From IMG/VR virus record IMGVR_UViG_3300032236_000307, positions 1 through 51,453 of that record: 51,453 bases of DNA. One strand, 5' to 3'. Shown here in pieces: positions 1 to 9,717 of the stretch. The first letter of the stretch is position 1. Each line of letters opens with the position of its first letter. The position numbers and the translations under genes were made by a program. Origin of the DNA: a virus. Taxonomy: Duplodnaviria > Caudoviricetes. Under the pieces are notes generated by a model, which worked only from the letters and a program-made list of their open reading frames with translations, was not told the origin of the DNA and did not search any database.

Positions 1-1
1 C

Positions 2-2287
2 GTAAGCCAGTACAAGAACCCTGCATTGATGGACAACATCGGCATCAACGAAGCTTTGGACATGAGCCCCAAGCAGTTCGTCAACCCTGATCCAAAGATG
101 GGCCACTCATTGCCTGTAGGCGGCGTGGACAAGGTCGGCGGCTTGCCCATCGGCGGCGTGGATCAAAGCGCGGCTCCCGGCATGCAGTTCGCCCCACAAG
201 ATCAACAGGGCCAACAAGGCCAGCCAGATCAGCAAGGTGGCCTGCCACAAGGTGGACAACCTCCAGCGGCTGGCCCAAGCGCCCCATCCCACCCCACCAA
301 TATCCTGAGCCTGACACCGCAAGGCCGGGCATTGGGAGCCATAGCACCTCAAGGCATGGCAAGGGGTGGAAGCATGACCCCCAAGCAAAGAGCCGCAATG
401 CGCTTCAAGATGGAGCAGAAGAAGCGCATGCCCCACTTGGCTGGTGGCGGTCAACCTCCAAAGAACAAAAAGCCATACGAGGAGATTGGGCACGAGAAGC
501 GCGTGCTGTTCCGTGGCGAAGGCTATGGAGACACCCAAGGCATCATCGTGCCTCGACACATGTGGCATGGCGGTCATGGCTCCAACGGAGAAAAGATGCC
601 GGGCATGCAGGAGTTGAATGAGGCTCGCGCACAGGTTTATGGATCAGAAAACCGCGACCCATTGCAAATCTCTCAGGTGGGGAAATTGCACCAGCAGATC
701 CTTAACGACCACTTTGCCAAACCACTGGACGAACAACTGGCGGCAGAGAAGGCCGCATTGATCAGGCTCAAGCAGGCCAAGCACATCAGCCAAAACGGCG
801 ACACATTGGACAAGAGCGAGAAGCTCGACACCGTGAACCACGAGCACGATGAGAAAGGCCGCACATACAAAGGCTTTGCATCCAAGGGCGTGGCAGGCAG
901 TTCCCTGTACACCTCAGGCCATGGTGAGAACCGCAAGTTCCACATCATCAACACCTGCCCCGGTCAAACGGTTGGCTGTGGCGGTGGACACGACGAGAAC
1001 GGCATCATTGACACTATGAAGGGCACCTGTTTTGCCCCCAATGCTGAGTCCCAGTATGCCGCCGCCGCCGTGCGCAGAGCGGCCCATGAGCAGGCCAAAC
1101 ACGACCCGGCAATGACAGGCGACTGGATCCTTGCACACACAGGTTCACTGCGTGATGCCGCAAGAGTTGCAGACAAGCAAAACAAACGCCTGCTGTTCCG
1201 CCCCAACGTGGTGGACGAGACCGACGTGTCTTCACGCCATGTCCTGCGCCACCTGAACAAGCAACGCAAGGAAAGCAAACTGCCTCCGATCACCGCCAAC
1301 TCATACGGCAAGACCAACGAGTTGCATGATCCAGAAAACGGTTACTTCGTGACCCACTCCAACGTCGGCCCTAAGGTCAAGCAAGGCGCATCGGTTGAAG
1401 GCAACATTGCACGAGACAAGGCTCGCGTGCGCAATACAATCTTGGCAACCGATTCATCCGGTCGTGACTTTGTCAATGAGCAGGGCAACAAGACACCACC
1501 CAAAGGCTCCTACATGGTGACCGATGTCAAGCGCGGCTCACCCTTGAGCAAAGAGATGGAGAGGCACATCACCCATGCCAAATATTGGGCCACTGGCAAA
1601 ACACCAGAGGAGATGAGCCGGGAAGAAAAGGCCGAGCCAGAGGAGGCTCACTACGATGGGAACGGCAACTTAACCACCGAAGACAAAGCTCACTACGGGC
1701 ACATCACCTTCAATGGCAAACGCTTTGACTATCAAAGACAGCACGTCCTTCACCCACGTTTGGTGAATGTGCCTGAGCGCAAGAAGAACAAAAAGACCGG
1801 CGAGATGGAAACAGTGGATCACCTGATCCCCACCGACTCACGGTTCAAAGACGAAGACTTCCTGCCCAAAGAACGCTACATGACCAAGACCGGCAAAAAG
1901 GCTGGTCACATCCTGATGACGACTCCAACTGAGTCCACCAGCACATTGGGCCACCAGACATCATTCACTCACCATGTTGGCCCAGAGCATATTGACTATG
2001 CCAAACGCAACAAAGGCGAGTATGAGATCGACGGCCCACTCCAACAGGAGATGGCGGCAGGTAAAGAATATGCCGAGCCACAACCAATTCAGATCCTGAA
2101 AAAGAAAAAGAACTTTGCTTTGGGCGGCTCTGTTGTGGGTGACAATAGCGACCACTTAGGTGACGACGACTTCCATGCATTCCCCGAAAGAAACTTTGCC
2201 GCACAGCATCACCTTGCAAAACGCATGGGTGTAGAGGACGTAAGCGAATTACATCCTTCTCTGTTACACAACTATGAGGCTCAATAA
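2..2287 (+). CDS. Large virion-module protein (5'-truncated by the window) with a GP88-like / radical-SAM-like Cys domain flanked by xxGG motifs
   Basis: Frame is open from nt 2 to the stop at 2287. Motifs NTCPGQTVGC...TCFA, RPNVVDETD, NSYGKT, YFVTHS and DSRFKD parallel GP88-family motifs. Q/P-rich linker; MARGG, LAGGG and FALGG motifs; directly upstream of the portal. Confidence 0.6.
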   Translation, partial: VSQYKNPALMDNIGINEALDMSPKQFVNPDPKMGHSLPVGGVDKVGGLPIGGVDQSAAPGMQFAPQDQQGQQGQPDQQGGLPQGGQPPAAGPSAPSHPTNILSLTPQGRALGAIAPQGMARGGSMTPKQRAAMRFKMEQKKRMPHLAGGGQPPKNKKPYEEIGHEKRVLFRGEGYGDTQGIIVPRHMWHGGHGSNGEKMPGMQELNEARAQVYGSENRDPLQISQVGKLHQQILNDHFAKPLDEQLAAEKAALIRLKQAKHISQNGDTLDKSEKLDTVNHEHDEKGRTYKGFASKGVAGSSLYTSGHGENRKFHIINTCPGQTVGCGGGHDENGIIDTMKGTCFAPNAESQYAAAAVRRAAHEQAKHDPAMTGDWILAHTGSLRDAARVADKQNKRLLFRPNVVDETDVSSRHVLRHLNKQRKESKLPPITANSYGKTNELHDPENGYFVTHSNVGPKVKQGASVEGNIARDKARVRNTILATDSSGRDFVNEQGNKTPPKGSYMVTDVKRGSPLSKEMERHITHAKYWATGKTPEEMSREEKAEPEEAHYDGNGNLTTEDKAHYGHITFNGKRFDYQRQHVLHPRLVNVPERKKNKKTGEMETVDHLIPTDSRFKDEDFLPKERYMTKTGKKAGHILMTTPTESTSTLGHQTSFTHHVGPEHIDYAKRNKGEYEIDGPLQQEMAAGKEYAEPQPIQILKKKKNFALGGSVVGDNSDHLGDDDFHAFPERNFAAQHHLAKRMGVEDVSELHPSLLHNYEAQ

Positions 2288-4731
2288 TGTCAGACGATAT
2301 CAACATTGACGAACAAGAAGACGGCTCGGCAGTCGTCGATATGCCTGAGATGGACACTGAGGAGCAACCCGACGGCTCCGCCATTGTTGAAGTCAATGAC
2401 GGCCCTGAGTTCAACCCAGAGTTCTATGACAACCTTGCCGACGTAGTTGACCCCGGCACGCTGTCAAGCCTGACCTTCCGCTACTTGGATTTGTTGGAGA
2501 GCGACAAGCAGGCCCGGGAACAGCGCGACAAACAATACGAAGAGGGCATCAAGCGCACAGGCATGGGCAACGATGCACCCGGCGGTGCCACCTTCATGGG
2601 TGCCAGCAAGGTGGTGCACCCCGCCATGGCTGAGGGCTGTGTGGACTTCGCATCCCGTGCCATCAAAGAGATGTTCCCACCTGACGGCCCAGTCAAATCA
2701 AAGATTGTCGGCAAGCAAGATGACATCAAGGCCGCCATCGCAGAGCGCAAGGTCAACTACCTGAACTGGCAGATCACCGAGCAGATTGAAGAGTTCCGCG
2801 ACGAGCAAGAACAGTTGCTGACTCAGTTGCCACTGGGCGGCTCACAGTATTTCAAGATTTGGTTTGACGAAGACAAGAAGCGCCCAGTCGTTGAGTTCCT
2901 GCCCATCGACCGTGTGATCCTGCCATTTGCGGCAACCAACTTTTACACCGCCCAACGCGCGGCTGAAGTGCACGAGATCACCACCCATGAACTTGAGCGC
3001 CGCATCAGTTCCGGCATGTACCGCGACATCAGCTACATCAAAGCCTCAGAGTCAATTGAAGAAGGCAAGGTGGCTCAGGCCAACAACAAGGTCGAGGGCA
3101 AAAGCTTTCAAGAAAACAAAGACGGCTTGCGCAAAATCTTCCACATCTACACCTATTTGGAACTGGAAGACGACAAGCACACCAAAGGCAAGATGGCACC
3201 GTACATCTTGATGATCGACGAGTTGGACAACGAGGTGCTGGGCCTATACCGCAACTGGGAAGAGTCCGACAAGACCATGACCAAGCTGGACTGGATTGTG
3301 GAGTTCAAGTTCATTCCATGGCGCGGTGCCTATGCCATTGGCCTGCCCCATCTGATTGGCGGCCTCAGCGCGGCTTTGACCGGCTCCCTGCGTGCTTTGC
3401 TGGACTCGGCACATATCAACAACGCCGCGACCATGCTCAAGCTCAAGGGCGCAAAGATCAGCGGTCAATCCCAGCAGGTCGATGTCACCCAGATCGTGGA
3501 GATCGAAGGCGCACCCGGCGTGCAGGACATCCGCCAGATCGCCATGCCCATGCCGTTCAATCCGCCCAGCCCTGTGCTGTTCGAGTTGCTGGGCTTCTTG
3601 GAAAAGGCCACCAGCAGTGTTTTGACCACGGCTGAGGAGAAGATAGCCGACATCAGCGCACAGGCTCCCGTAGGCACCACACAAGCCCTGATTGAGCAGG
3701 GCTCGCAGGTGTACTCATCCATCCACGCACGCCTGCATGAATCACAGGCTCGCGTGCTGAAGATCCTGTGCCGGTTGAACCGTTGGCACTTCGACGACAT
3801 GCAGAAGTCGGACATCGTCACCGACTTGGAAGTCACCCGCGAAGACTTCGCCAAGAACACCGACGTGGTGCCAGTCAGTGACCCGCACATCTTTTCTGAG
3901 ACCCAGCGCATGGCCCAGAACCAAGCGGTGCTGGCGCTGGCTGAGAAGCACCCCGACCAGTTCAACATGGGCAAGGTGATTGCTCGCCTGCTCAAGCAGA
4001 TGAAGATCCCCAACATCAACGAGATCATGGTGGATCAGCCGTCACCTGAACAGCGCACGTCTGCGGATGAAAATGCCGCCATGTTGATCGGTCAGCCTGC
4101 ATACGCATACATCCAGCAGGATCACATTGCGCACATTCAGGATCACCTGCAATTCGCCATGAACCCATTTATGGGCCAGTCGCCATTTGCTGACCCCAAC
4201 TACCTCAACAACCTGATTGAGCACATCAAGCAACACATGACCTTGTGGTACCTGAACCGCTCAAACGGCTACGTCGAGGAGTCCACCGGCAAGCCCATCA
4301 AAAACTACAACGATCCGAAATACACACCGGTTGTTGACAAGTTATACACAGTGGTTGGTGCGCATGTGATGATGGACACGCAAGAGGTGTTCAAAGACTT
4401 CATGCCGTCGTTTGAAAAGCTGACGCAGATGGCTCAACAGCGTCAGAACCAGCCTCCTCAGTTGCCGCCCGAGGCACAGGTGGTCAAAGACACCAGCATG
4501 GCTGAAACACAGCGCAAAGCGCAAGCTGACAAGGCCAAGCAGGCATACGAGCAGGCCAAGTTGCAGATGGAACAACAAGCCCATGCCATGGACAATCAGA
4601 CCAAGATTGAAATCGAGAATGCCAAGCTGACTCACGAGACGATTCAGCATGCAAACGAGTTGGCGTTTACGCCACCACCCGCCGCACCTGCGGCACAACC
4701 ACAAGGAGGCCAAGATGGCATCGGACAATGA
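2287..4731 (+). CDS. Portal protein (podovirus type)
   Basis: 814 aa, FYDNLA / GASKVVHP / QLPLGGSQYFK / PVGTTQALIEQG motifs, Q-rich coiled-coil C-terminus, first gene of the head module. Confidence 0.85.
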   Translation: MSDDINIDEQEDGSAVVDMPEMDTEEQPDGSAIVEVNDGPEFNPEFYDNLADVVDPGTLSSLTFRYLDLLESDKQAREQRDKQYEEGIKRTGMGNDAPGGATFMGASKVVHPAMAEGCVDFASRAIKEMFPPDGPVKSKIVGKQDDIKAAIAERKVNYLNWQITEQIEEFRDEQEQLLTQLPLGGSQYFKIWFDEDKKRPVVEFLPIDRVILPFAATNFYTAQRAAEVHEITTHELERRISSGMYRDISYIKASESIEEGKVAQANNKVEGKSFQENKDGLRKIFHIYTYLELEDDKHTKGKMAPYILMIDELDNEVLGLYRNWEESDKTMTKLDWIVEFKFIPWRGAYAIGLPHLIGGLSAALTGSLRALLDSAHINNAATMLKLKGAKISGQSQQVDVTQIVEIEGAPGVQDIRQIAMPMPFNPPSPVLFELLGFLEKATSSVLTTAEEKIADISAQAPVGTTQALIEQGSQVYSSIHARLHESQARVLKILCRLNRWHFDDMQKSDIVTDLEVTREDFAKNTDVVPVSDPHIFSETQRMAQNQAVLALAEKHPDQFNMGKVIARLLKQMKIPNINEIMVDQPSPEQRTSADENAAMLIGQPAYAYIQQDHIAHIQDHLQFAMNPFMGQSPFADPNYLNNLIEHIKQHMTLWYLNRSNGYVEESTGKPIKNYNDPKYTPVVDKLYTVVGAHVMMDTQEVFKDFMPSFEKLTQMAQQRQNQPPQLPPEAQVVKDTSMAETQRKAQADKAKQAYEQAKLQMEQQAHAMDNQTKIEIENAKLTHETIQHANELAFTPPPAAPAAQPQGGQDGIGQ

Positions 4732-4873
4732 GCAAAAAAGCGTGAATGTGCCCCAGCACAAGCGCCTTGCCCAAGGAGAGAAGCTGGACGGAACTAGCCT
4801 GAAACCGAAAGGTGGCAGTACTAATCCGATTAGTAAATCTCATGGCGGCTTGTCGCACGCGAAGAAGAAATGA
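4715..4873 (+). CDS. Small basic hypothetical protein
   Basis: AGGAGG RBS at 4704-4709, ATG at 4715, overlaps the portal stop and the next start (ATGA). Confidence 0.65.
   Translation: MASDNEQKSVNVPQHKRLAQGEKLDGTSLKPKGGSTNPISKSHGGLSHAKKK
4819..4835. promoter_or_regulatory. 17-bp palindrome TACTAATC-C-GATTAGTA (copy 1; candidate parS/operator)
   Basis: Perfect inverted repeat; identical arms recur at 15498, 39666 and 48105. Confidence 0.7.
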
Positions 4874-5049
4874 TCGAAGCTCTGATTCACAGAATCAAGA
4901 TATGCCAGAGTGAGTTGCAAGTATCCCTAGCGATAGGGATGCCGATAACTTGGGAAGCATATCAACGCATGGTTGGCGAATATCAAGGGCTCCAAAAGGC
5001 CATGGATATCATCGACAACATGTTGGAAGAGGAAAACAGTTCCGATTAA
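4870..5049 (+). CDS. Hypothetical protein (59 aa, not in the ORF track)
   Basis: ATG at 4870 coupled to the upstream stop; MIEALIHRIK...YQRMVGEYQGL...; fills the gap before groES. Confidence 0.7.
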   Translation: MIEALIHRIKICQSELQVSLAIGMPITWEAYQRMVGEYQGLQKAMDIIDNMLEEENSSD

Positions 5050-5103
5050 CCAAGCACTGCAAAGTGCGTCAATGCACCTGAAATATGGTGTGGAAGGAAA
5101 GTG

Positions 5104-5556
5104 ATGAGCGAGAAAGACCCAATCCCTACGATTGAGGGCAATGCAGGCGTAGCCGACCCAGTTGAACTGGCGTGGGCATTCCCTGAAGTAAACCCCGGAC
5201 AGCGTCCATTTGGGGGTCGAGTGATAGTGCAACTGCGGCGGATTAAAAAGAAGGCAGGACGCATCATCATCGTTGATGAAACCAAGGAAAACGAGAAGTG
5301 GAACAACATGATCGGCAAGGTCGTGGCTATTGGCCCACTCGCGTTCAAGAACCGAGACACCATGCAACCTTGGGCCGAAGGCTCATGGGCTGAGATTGGC
5401 GACTTTGTTCGCGTTCCTAAGTGGGGCGGAGACCGTTGGGAGCGAGCAGTTCCCGGTGAAGACGGCGAAGACCCAGTGTTATTCATGACGATCAACGACC
5501 ATGAACTGATTTCGGCAGTCACAGATGACCCGTTGTCGTTCAAAGCCTACGTTTAA
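5104..5556 (+). CDS. groES: Co-chaperonin GroES (Cpn10)-like protein
   Basis: PFGGRVIVQ, GRIIIVDETKE, GKVVAIGP, IGDFVRVPKWGG and INDHELI match the Cpn10 pattern. Confidence 0.85.
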   Translation: MSEKDPIPTIEGNAGVADPVELAWAFPEVNPGQRPFGGRVIVQLRRIKKKAGRIIIVDETKENEKWNNMIGKVVAIGPLAFKNRDTMQPWAEGSWAEIGDFVRVPKWGGDRWERAVPGEDGEDPVLFMTINDHELISAVTDDPLSFKAYV

Positions 5557-5565
5557 GGGGGAAAT

Positions 5566-6558
5566 ATGGCAACAGCAGAACAAAAAGAGCTTGCACTGGA
5601 AACCATTGAGTCGGATGACGGCTCTGCGGTGGTGGAAGTTGATCCCGCAATGCTCATTCCTGAGGAAAGTGATGAGCAAAACGGGTTTGAAAGAGCAAAA
5701 GAAGGCGGAAGTGTGGATAAATCCACCGATTCCGCTGACGAAGACCATCCAGACGATGATGAAGAGCTTCGTTCCGCCAAAAGGAACCGTCGCCGGGCTA
5801 AAAAAGACCTGATCCGCAAGACAAATCAGGAAAAAGATGCCCAGTTGATGGCCTTGAAGCGCGAAAACGAAGAGTTCAAGCGTCGTTTGAGCCTAGTTGA
5901 GCGCAGTGCCAAGACTGAAGGCTTGATGCGCATCGACAAAAACCTTGAGGATGCCAACTACCGGGTGGAATACGCCAAGTTGAAGCTGGCTGAGGCGACT
6001 CAAAACGCTGATGGTCAGGCAATGGTGGAGGCACAGACCCTCTGGAACGCCGCGCAACGCGAAGTTGACCAACTGACGCAGGTTCGCAAGCAGGCCGACC
6101 AAGAGTTGAGACAGCCTCAGCAACAGCAGGGTGCCGACCCCATGGTTCAGCGCCTCGCACAACGGTGGATGTCCCGCAATTCTTGGTACAACCCATCGGC
6201 AACAGACCCCGACAGCCGAGTCGCCAAAAAGATCGACGAACTGATGGGCGCACAGGGCTGGGATCCGACCGATCCCGACTACTGGGATGAGCTTGATAGC
6301 CGTTTGCAAAAAGAGTTGCCCCACCGCTACAATGACAGCAATGACGACGATTCCCGTAATGTCAGAAGACCAAGGAATGTTGTGGGTAGCTCAGGACGTG
6401 AAGCATCTGCCGCTTATGGTGGTTCTAACCGAACCCAATTTGTACTATCACCTGATAGGGTGAAAGCTATGAAGGAAGCTGGTGCTTGGGACAATCCTGA
6501 ACGCAAAGCAAAAATGATTAAGCAATTCATGGCTTATGACCGCGCCAACCGCAACTAA
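5566..6558 (+). CDS. Capsid scaffolding protein (putative)
   Basis: Acidic N-terminus, long coiled coil, WMSRNSWY motif, short helical C-terminus; lies between portal and MCP. Confidence 0.65.
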   Translation: MATAEQKELALETIESDDGSAVVEVDPAMLIPEESDEQNGFERAKEGGSVDKSTDSADEDHPDDDEELRSAKRNRRRAKKDLIRKTNQEKDAQLMALKRENEEFKRRLSLVERSAKTEGLMRIDKNLEDANYRVEYAKLKLAEATQNADGQAMVEAQTLWNAAQREVDQLTQVRKQADQELRQPQQQQGADPMVQRLAQRWMSRNSWYNPSATDPDSRVAKKIDELMGAQGWDPTDPDYWDELDSRLQKELPHRYNDSNDDDSRNVRRPRNVVGSSGREASAAYGGSNRTQFVLSPDRVKAMKEAGAWDNPERKAKMIKQFMAYDRANRN

Positions 6559-6575
6559 TCTAAGGGGAAAACATA

Positions 6576-7121
6576 ATGGAATCACGTCTCAAAAAATCTC
6601 TCAACGCTGGTGGTCGCCAAGACCGCACGAACGGGGAAGCATCCCACCAAGCGCCTGAAGATAAGTTCATTTCTACGCAGGAACTAGGAAACATGTGGAG
6701 CGAGGAATGGACGCAATCAGCATTGCCCAAACTGCCCGTCTTGGATGGGTGGCACCTTTGCTGGCTTTCAACAACCAACAGTTACGACTCCATCGATAAA
6801 AGGATTCGCCTCGGATACGTTCCAGTTAAATCTGAAGAGTTCCCGGGCTTTGAGAATTACCGAGTGAAGTCAGGCGAACATGTTGGCTACATCTCCTGTA
6901 ACGAGATGTTACTGTTCAAGATCCCAATGGAAATCTACCAGAAGGTCATGACCTTGATGCACCACGACAAACCTCGTGAGGAAGCTGAAAAGGTTCGTGT
7001 ACAGCAGGAAAATCTTCAAGGGGCACGCGACAGCAACGGTCGTCGGTTGGTGCAAGTTGAGGGCGAAGGTATGGGTTCTATTGATCAGCAACCAACCAAA
7101 ACGCCCGTATTTGCGGGTTAA
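6576..7121 (+). CDS. Conserved head-module hypothetical protein
   Basis: GGGG RBS; GWHLCWLS / RLGYVPV / EMLLFKIP; operon context. Confidence 0.7.
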   Translation: MESRLKKSLNAGGRQDRTNGEASHQAPEDKFISTQELGNMWSEEWTQSALPKLPVLDGWHLCWLSTTNSYDSIDKRIRLGYVPVKSEEFPGFENYRVKSGEHVGYISCNEMLLFKIPMEIYQKVMTLMHHDKPREEAEKVRVQQENLQGARDSNGRRLVQVEGEGMGSIDQQPTKTPVFAG

Positions 7122-7135
7122 CCAAGGAGTTAAAC

Positions 7136-7735
7136 ATGTCTAGTACATCCGCTCCGTTTGGCTTGCGTCCTGCGTTCCATCCCTCCGGTCTGGATCGCGC
7201 ACAGGCGCTGGCTAACGGCATCACATCGGGTTATTCAACCCAAATCTTGAAGGGCCAGCCTGTCGCATACTCTGCGTCAGCAGGCGTGATTGTTCCCCTC
7301 ACTACGGCTCCTGCCGCTGGCTCCGCTGTTGCGTGGTCTGGTGCATTTGCCGGCGTTGAGTGGACTGACACCACTGGTCGTCGTCGTGTGTCCAACTATT
7401 GGCCTGCAAGCACTGCCTACACCACTGGCTCTTGCGTAGCTTATTTCTATAACGACAACAACATCGTTTATGAAATCCAAGCTGACGGTTCAATGGCTCA
7501 AACCACCATCGGCAACGAATACAACTTCACCAACACAACCGCTGGTTCATCCACCACTGGTCTGTCACAAGCCACCTTAGGTGCTTCGACAGCCGCTGGT
7601 AACGGTGTCCAAGGTCAAATGCGTGTCGTTGATTTGGCCCCCTATGTGGACAATGCGTGGGGTGATTCCTACACCATCGTCCGTGTCGTTAACGCTCAGT
7701 CTCAGTTCTTCGGTGCTGTGACTGCCATTGCATAA
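7136..7735 (+). CDS. Capsid decoration / auxiliary capsid protein
   Basis: AGGAG RBS; APFGLRP N-terminus; beta-rich A/T/G composition; immediately upstream of the MCP. Confidence 0.65.
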   Translation: MSSTSAPFGLRPAFHPSGLDRAQALANGITSGYSTQILKGQPVAYSASAGVIVPLTTAPAAGSAVAWSGAFAGVEWTDTTGRRRVSNYWPASTAYTTGSCVAYFYNDNNIVYEIQADGSMAQTTIGNEYNFTNTTAGSSTTGLSQATLGASTAAGNGVQGQMRVVDLAPYVDNAWGDSYTIVRVVNAQSQFFGAVTAIA

Positions 7736-7746
7736 GGAGCTAAAAA

Positions 7747-8661
7747 ATGGCCGCACCAATGCGAAGTACGGACTTCCGTTCCATCGTTGAACCTATTCTC
7801 AACGAGTGTTTTGACGGAGTCTATGACCAACGTGCCGACGAGTGGAGCCGTGTGTTCCGCGAAGAAGATGGCATCCCCCGTAACTACCACGAAGAGCCCG
7901 TCCTGTACGGTTTCGGCGCGGCACCTCAGTTGCCTGACGGCACACCGGTGACGTACCAACAAGGTGGTGTCCTGTTCCTGAAACGCTATGTGTACAAGGT
8001 GTATGGCTTGGCCTTCGCTTTGACCAAAGTGTTGGTGGAAGACGGCGACCACATCCGTTTGGGTCAAGTTTATGCACGCCACTTGGCACAGTCTTTGGTG
8101 GAAACCAAAGAATTGTTGTCAGCCAACGTGTTAAACACTGCCTTCAACAGCGCCTACCCCGGTGGCGACGGTGTGTCTTTGATCAACACCGCTCACCCCA
8201 TCGTGAATGGCTCCTTCAGCAACCAGTTGGCTACCGCCGCTGTTCTGTCTCAGACATCTCTCGAACAGATGCTGATCCAGATCCGCCAAGCAGTGGACAA
8301 CAACGGCAAGAAGATTCGTTTGGTTCCCCGCCAGTTGGTGGTGGCCCCGGGCAACATCTTCCAAGCCGAAGTGTTGTTGAAGTCTGTTTTGCGTACTGGT
8401 AACGCAAACAACGACATCAACCCCATCAAGTCAATCGGCTTGCTGGACGAAGGTGCCGCAGTTCTGTCTCGTTTGACTTCATCTACCGCTTGGTGGGTTC
8501 AGACCGATGCTCCAGAGGGCTTCAAGCTCCTGATGCGTCGTCGTTTGGAGAAAACCATGGAAGGTGACTTCGAGACTGACACCATGCGCTACAAAGCGAC
8601 AGAGCGTTACGACGTTGGCTTCACTGATCCACGTTGCGCTTACGGTACCCCCGGTATCTAA
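7747..8661 (+). CDS. Major capsid protein (HK97 fold, Mu gpT-like family)
   Basis: AGGAG RBS, strong codon bias, GGDGVSL..TAHP, LVPRQLVV, EGDFETDTMRYKATERY; followed by a terminator. Confidence 0.85.
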   Translation: MAAPMRSTDFRSIVEPILNECFDGVYDQRADEWSRVFREEDGIPRNYHEEPVLYGFGAAPQLPDGTPVTYQQGGVLFLKRYVYKVYGLAFALTKVLVEDGDHIRLGQVYARHLAQSLVETKELLSANVLNTAFNSAYPGGDGVSLINTAHPIVNGSFSNQLATAAVLSQTSLEQMLIQIRQAVDNNGKKIRLVPRQLVVAPGNIFQAEVLLKSVLRTGNANNDINPIKSIGLLDEGAAVLSRLTSSTAWWVQTDAPEGFKLLMRRRLEKTMEGDFETDTMRYKATERYDVGFTDPRCAYGTPGI

Positions 8662-8666
8662 AAAGC

Positions 8667-8695
8667 AGGGCTGGTGTAAAAGCCAGCCCTTTTTT
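8667..8695 (+). terminator. Rho-independent terminator after the MCP
   Basis: GGGCTGG-N8-CCAGCCC stem followed by T6. Confidence 0.85.
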
Positions 8696-8730
8696 AAACC
8701 CTGAGTGGTTCAAGCCACAAGGAGAAAAAA

Positions 8731-9705
8731 ATGCCTCAATTTAGCGATGACTTATTTTTGGGCCCAGCACAAACCTACATGGGTACTGGCCTGAATCAAA
8801 CCGAAGCCGTCATGACTGGTTCCATTTCTGGCACCACCATGACAATCACATCAGTCTTGTCTGGTGAGCCCATTGTGTTGGGTCAATTTGTTGGTGGCAC
8901 AGGTGGTGGCGGTGTTTCCGCTGGCACATACGTCACTGCATTTGGATCTGGCTCTGGCGGTGTTGGAACCTACACGGTCAACAACTCACAGACAGTGACA
9001 AGCACAACCTTGACATTCTCTGGCGACGGTACTCTGAATGACCCGTCACCCATGGATCTGGGTGTTGGCCCATTGGGTCGCGTGTATGTGTGGGATTGCG
9101 TGCCACAAACACTGCAAACCGCAAACATTGCCGCCTCACAAACAGCCTCAGGCTCAGGCGCAGTGACACTGACCGCAGGTACTTCTGCCAAGTCTGTTGT
9201 TCGCGCAGACGGCACCACCGTGGTTCAGTTGAACACACCTCGTGCATTGCAGATCAACACGTCAACAACCGCACGAACCATCACCATCAGCGGCTACGAC
9301 TACTTTGGTCAACCCATGACTGAGGCAATCACAGTTGCAACTGCTGGTACCGCAAAGTCCGGCAAAAAAGCCTTCTACCAAATTGCCAGCGCAACCATCA
9401 ACGGTTCTGCTACCGCAGTGACCATTGGCACAACCGACATTCTTGGTTTGCCAGTTCGTTGCATCGACGCAGGCTATGTGGTCAAAGTGGGCTGGAACAA
9501 CACATTGGCTCAAGATGCAGGCACTTTTGTGGTTGCAGACATGACCAACCCAGCATCGAGCACAACTGGTGATGTGCGTGGCACATACACACCATCTTCA
9601 GCTTCTGACGGTGCGAAGCGTCTGGTCATGACCATTGCGCTCCCTGCAATCGCAGTTGGCCCCAATGCAAACCGCACTGGTGCTCTTGGCGTTACCCAAG
9701 CCTAA
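8731..9705 (+). CDS. Virion structural protein (T/G/S-rich, putative head fibre/decoration)
   Basis: AGGAG RBS; 324 aa beta-rich; strong codon bias; follows the MCP. Confidence 0.6.
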   Translation: MPQFSDDLFLGPAQTYMGTGLNQTEAVMTGSISGTTMTITSVLSGEPIVLGQFVGGTGGGGVSAGTYVTAFGSGSGGVGTYTVNNSQTVTSTTLTFSGDGTLNDPSPMDLGVGPLGRVYVWDCVPQTLQTANIAASQTASGSGAVTLTAGTSAKSVVRADGTTVVQLNTPRALQINTSTTARTITISGYDYFGQPMTEAITVATAGTAKSGKKAFYQIASATINGSATAVTIGTTDILGLPVRCIDAGYVVKVGWNNTLAQDAGTFVVADMTNPASSTTGDVRGTYTPSSASDGAKRLVMTIALPAIAVGPNANRTGALGVTQA

Positions 9706-9717
9706 TAGGAGGACGAC

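Noticed and set aside
6553-6561. AACTAATCT as a fifth copy of the 17-bp palindrome
   Set aside because: Only a partial half-site; the second arm is absent.
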